Origin: Escherichia virus TH15 | Strand: one strand, 5' to 3' | DNA: 64,000 nucleotides | Sequence record: MT446392.1 | Shown here: in pieces, positions 60,864 through 64,000 of the stretch | How the letters are laid out: each line of letters begins with the position of its first letter | Position numbering within the stretch: position 1 is the first letter of the stretch | Notes under the pieces: model-generated | The model's input: the letters and a program-made list of their open reading frames with translations, nothing else | Told to the model about the DNA's origin: nothing | Databases searched by the model: none | Position numbers and translations under genes: made by a program

Positions 60864-61253
60864 ATGAATATAAACAAAATGTATAGCGATGTGTCTCCTG
60901 ACTTGTCAATGAGTTGGGATAAAGACGTTGCTAAAGTAACTGGTGCAAGGTCTGTTAAGAACAGTCTTCTGGGAATAATCACCACAAGAAAAGGGTCAAG
61001 GCCTTTTATGCCTGAATTTGGATGTGATATAAGTAATCAGCTTTTTGAGAATATCACTCCATTAATCACAGATACCATTAAACGCAACATCGTCTCCGCT
61101 GTGCGGAACTTCGAACCAAGGATAAGCAATTTGCAGGTTGCAGTTGTCCCTATGTATGATGATAACTCCATCATCGTAACGGTTCAGTTCAGCATTGTTG
61201 ATGACCCTGACACCCTCGAACAAATCAGGATTCAGTTAAGTCAAAACGGTTAA
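60864..61253 (+). CDS. 25: Baseplate wedge protein gp25 (GPW/gp25 lysozyme-like fold)
   Basis: 129 aa versus T4 132 aa; conserved ITTRKGSRPFMPEFGCDI segment; between 26 and uvsY. Confidence 0.85.
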   Translation: MNINKMYSDVSPDLSMSWDKDVAKVTGARSVKNSLLGIITTRKGSRPFMPEFGCDISNQLFENITPLITDTIKRNIVSAVRNFEPRISNLQVAVVPMYDDNSIIVTVQFSIVDDPDTLEQIRIQLSQNG

Positions 61254-61278
61254 TGCTTTAATTTTATGGCTGTATAAT
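61252..61278 (+). promoter_or_regulatory. Middle promoter (MotA box aaTGCTTTA plus TATAAT) for uvsY
   Basis: MotA box 61252-61260, -10 61273-61278, 12-nt spacing. Confidence 0.6.
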
Positions 61279-61306
61279 GGTTCTAGACCCTTACATTGGA
61301 TACATT

Positions 61307-61741
61307 ATGAAAACAGAGATTGAATATAAGTTGGAAGTATTTCAGGATGAGTTGGATGCAGATTTAAAAATTGATGGTACACAAATTCAATATGAAACAC
61401 AAAACAACGTTTTGTTGCATAGCAAATGGTTGAGATTGTATACCAACTGCAAGAAAGAAATAATGCGTCTTGAGATTCAGAAGAAAACTGCACTGAAAAA
61501 ACGACTAGACCATTATACAGGAAGGGGTGACCCAGGGGAAGAAGTATGCATGGATGTGTACGAGAAGTCAGAATTGAAAACAGTCATGGCCGCAGATTCA
61601 AGCGTGCTTAAGATTGATACTTCAATTCAATATTGGGCACTGCTCCAGGACTTCTGTAGCGCTGCATTAGATGGTGTTAAGTCGCGAAGTTTCGCACTTA
61701 AACATATGTTAGAAATAAGACAATTCGAGGCAGGTAAATGA
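61307..61741 (+). CDS. uvsY: Recombination mediator UvsY
   Basis: LHSKWLRLYTNCKKEIMRLEIQKKTALKKRLDHYTGRGD and C-terminal ALKHMLEIRQFEAGK match remembered T4 UvsY; middle promoter upstream. Confidence 0.9.
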   Translation: MKTEIEYKLEVFQDELDADLKIDGTQIQYETQNNVLLHSKWLRLYTNCKKEIMRLEIQKKTALKKRLDHYTGRGDPGEEVCMDVYEKSELKTVMAADSSVLKIDTSIQYWALLQDFCSAALDGVKSRSFALKHMLEIRQFEAGK

Positions 61742-62099
61742 TTGGTTGTCGTAAAGCAAATATTAGAAAACCATTAAAACCTTCTGAAGAGAAGATGCGT
61801 AAATTTCAACAGTTTATTAATGCCGCATTAAAGAAGCACTAAATAGATATGTAAGTTTAACTGAGGAGACAATCATGTCAGATAAGATTTGTGTTGTCTG
61901 TAAAACTCCAATCGATTCTGCATTGGTTGTGGATACAGACCAAGGTCCGGTGCATCCGGGCGCCTGTTATAATTATGTTCAGAGTTTGCCAGTTACGGAA
62001 AATACAGAAGAGCAACTGAACGAGACCCAACTTTTAATTTAGCTAGTGTTGTTAACCATTTTGGTTTTGCCCCTTCCTTTTTGGTTGGGGCCTTTTTAT

Positions 62100-62327
62100 T
62101 TAGAAATCTTCGTCTTCTTCGTCGTCCATATCCTCAAGCTCGGCACGTTTACCTGCTAGAGCATCGCGAACACTGATATCATCGGAATCTTTCAATTCAG
62201 CTTCTTTGCTGCGCTTTTTATAATAACTTTCCAGCTCCTTCAGACCGTCCATAGTCTGACAAGAACCTATCTTAGACATGAAGCTTTCAATTGTCGCTTC
62301 ATACATAATTTCTTCAAATGACTTCAT
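62100..62327 (-). CDS. UvsW.1-like small acidic protein
   Basis: 75 aa immediately downstream of uvsW, as T4 UvsW.1 (76 aa). Confidence 0.6.
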   Translation of the reverse strand: MKSFEEIMYEATIESFMSKIGSCQTMDGLKELESYYKKRSKEAELKDSDDISVRDALAGKRAELEDMDDEEDEDF

Positions 62328-63826
62328 TATATTTCCACCTGTTTAATGATATAATTGAATTTTTCGTCTGCATACCGCTGAATACGTTCTAATGCATGTT
62401 TCAGTGCAAAGTTCAAGTGAACATATTTCTTTTTAGCGTTTGCTGTTTTAGGTTTGACCCCCATGTCGTCCACGATGTCCCACACGTTTGCGGTCGATTT
62501 GGATTCATGTTTTCGAAGTACACGACCAATTGTCTGGAGTACAATTACCTTTGACTTGACCGGGTGAGCGAAAATAATATGATGGAGGTTTTTAACGGAA
62601 ATCCCCGTCGAGAATACACCATATGAAGCTACAACGATAATTCCCTTTCCATTCTCTGCCATGACCTTTAATGCGTTACGTGTTTCTGTATCAACTTCCC
62701 CGGAAACATAATACACTTTCTCATGACCTGCTTCCTTAAGCATTTCAAACATCGATTTACCGTGCTCGATATTCTTAAACATCAAAAAGACGTTTTCATC
62801 TTTTTTAGCAAGCTTGAGCGCAAGGTTTGTTACCCATTTATTTCGGCGTGTAGCTTTTGTAATTACCTTGATTTCATCTTGGTAAGATTTGCCTTTCATT
62901 TTAACGGTGAATTCATCAGGGTAACGAAGGAAAATACTATTTATCTTAAGGTCAGTAACTTGGCCTTCATCCATTAATTGGGATGTGGATACTGGTTTAA
63001 AGATATCACCAAACAGACCCATATATTGCATAAGGTTTGCTTTGCCGTCACGGAGAGAACCAGAGAGACCAAATTTAAACATACAATTAGTCAGGCCTTC
63101 GATAACAGTCGAAATGGATTTACCAGTAGCCATATGGCATTCATCATTCATAAACTGACCGAACTGTGAAAACCATTCTTTAGGTTGTTTTACTGCCGTC
63201 TGATAAGTAGACACATAAATCATTGCATCCGAATCACGTTTAGTTCCGGAACGGATACCGAGACAAGCTTCTCGAGGGAACAATCTATAATCAACAAAGT
63301 CATTAATCATCTGGTCAACGAGCGCAGTTGTAGGTACAAGGATAAGAACCTTGCCTTCATAGTTCTCAAGATAATATCGCGCCAGAAGCGCCTGGATGAG
63401 GCTTTTACCTGCAGACGTAGGTAAGTTCAATATTTTTCTTCTGTTGACCAGACCGTCGTATACGGCGTCTGTTTGGTACCAATGGGGAGTAATCTTGGTA
63501 TGGCCTGAATAGATTTCTTTTGACTCGACCCATTTATCAAAATCCGCACGAGAGATTTCCTCTTTCTCGGTGATTTGAGGGTCAATCCAAAATGAATAAC
63601 CAAACTGGTCAGCGAATTTTTTAATCTGGTTAACTAAGCCGTACGGTAATTTACGGTTATAATCCAGGAGACGGATACGTCCGTCCCAAACTCCCGCTTT
63701 GAATTTAGGGTTAAACCGATAGTTTTCGGCTTCAAAACTGAAATAGTCACGGAGTTCATAGAAGATACTATCTTCACATTCAACATGTACATGACTAAAA
63801 TTTAAAAAGTTGATTTTGATATCCAT
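62327..63826 (-). CDS. uvsW: DNA/RNA helicase UvsW (SF2)
   Basis: About 499 aa versus T4 about 503 aa; helicase motifs (Walker A LPTSAGKS, DEAH-type MNDECH); start chosen at the Met downstream of a minus-strand late promoter. Confidence 0.9.
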   Translation of the reverse strand: MDIKINFLNFSHVHVECEDSIFYELRDYFSFEAENYRFNPKFKAGVWDGRIRLLDYNRKLPYGLVNQIKKFADQFGYSFWIDPQITEKEEISRADFDKWVESKEIYSGHTKITPHWYQTDAVYDGLVNRRKILNLPTSAGKSLIQALLARYYLENYEGKVLILVPTTALVDQMINDFVDYRLFPREACLGIRSGTKRDSDAMIYVSTYQTAVKQPKEWFSQFGQFMNDECHMATGKSISTVIEGLTNCMFKFGLSGSLRDGKANLMQYMGLFGDIFKPVSTSQLMDEGQVTDLKINSIFLRYPDEFTVKMKGKSYQDEIKVITKATRRNKWVTNLALKLAKKDENVFLMFKNIEHGKSMFEMLKEAGHEKVYYVSGEVDTETRNALKVMAENGKGIIVVASYGVFSTGISVKNLHHIIFAHPVKSKVIVLQTIGRVLRKHESKSTANVWDIVDDMGVKPKTANAKKKYVHLNFALKHALERIQRYADEKFNYIIKQVEI

Positions 63827-63854
63827 GATGATTCCAAGGTAATAAATATATCTA

Positions 63855-63862
63855 TATTTATA
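63855..63862 (-). promoter_or_regulatory. Late promoter TATAAATA for uvsW
   Basis: Minus-strand TATAAATA about 29 nt upstream of the uvsW ATG. Confidence 0.5.
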
Positions 63863-63880
63863 CAATAACCGAGGTTCATT

Positions 63881-64000
63881 ATGATTGATAAGAACTATAT
63901 TGAGGAAATTCGTGTCCTCGAGAAAAAAGAAGCCAAAGAAAAATTAGCTGAATATGCATCATCGCTTGGTGTTGATGTTAAGAAAACAAAAACTTTCGAT
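63881..64000 (+). CDS. Hypothetical protein, 5' fragment (runs off the window)
   Basis: ATG with GAGG SD; ORF continues past the window end. Confidence 0.3.
   Translation, partial: MIDKNYIEEIRVLEKKEAKEKLAEYASSLGVDVKKTKTFD

Overview
This window is a 64 kb segment of a T4-like (Tevenvirinae-type) myovirus genome, read in reverse orientation relative to the conventional T4 map. Gene order is collinear with T4: topoisomerase gene 39 (uninterrupted), rIIA, rIIB, a hyperplastic rIIB-ndd-52 region, motA, asiA; then on the minus strand holin t and the tail-fibre genes 38, 37, 36, 35, 34; then on the plus strand rnh, dsbA, 33, 59, a segG-like GIY-YIG endonuclease, 32, frd, td, nrdA, a mobE-like HNH endonuclease, nrdB, denA, RNA ligase 1, alc, spanins, pseT, cd, 31, rIII, DNA ligase 30 and alt; then the baseplate hub operon 54-48-29-28-27-51 (minus) and 26, 25, uvsY (plus), with uvsW.1 and uvsW (minus). 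All calls rest on my reading of the translated ORFs against remembered T4 proteins, gene sizes and synteny; no database search was run. Several ORF-track starts are TTG/GTG and I trimmed them to the likely ATG. Regulatory architecture is visible by eye: early sigma70-type promoters (GTTTAC or TGTACA -35, TATAAT-like -10), MotA-box middle promoters, TATAAATA late promoters and UUCG-loop intrinsic terminators. I did not find one clearly novel multi-gene system. The most interesting candidates are a NADAR-like protein next to a HAD-like phosphatase in the ligase-proximal accessory cluster, a 400 bp ORF-free structured region after rIII, a partial duplicate of the alc N-terminus, a three-member paralog family of small early proteins, and four near-identical terminator-promoter-leader cassettes. 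The tail-fibre module is T2/S16-type (gp37 with a C-terminal chaperone-like domain plus a glycine-rich gp38 adhesin).
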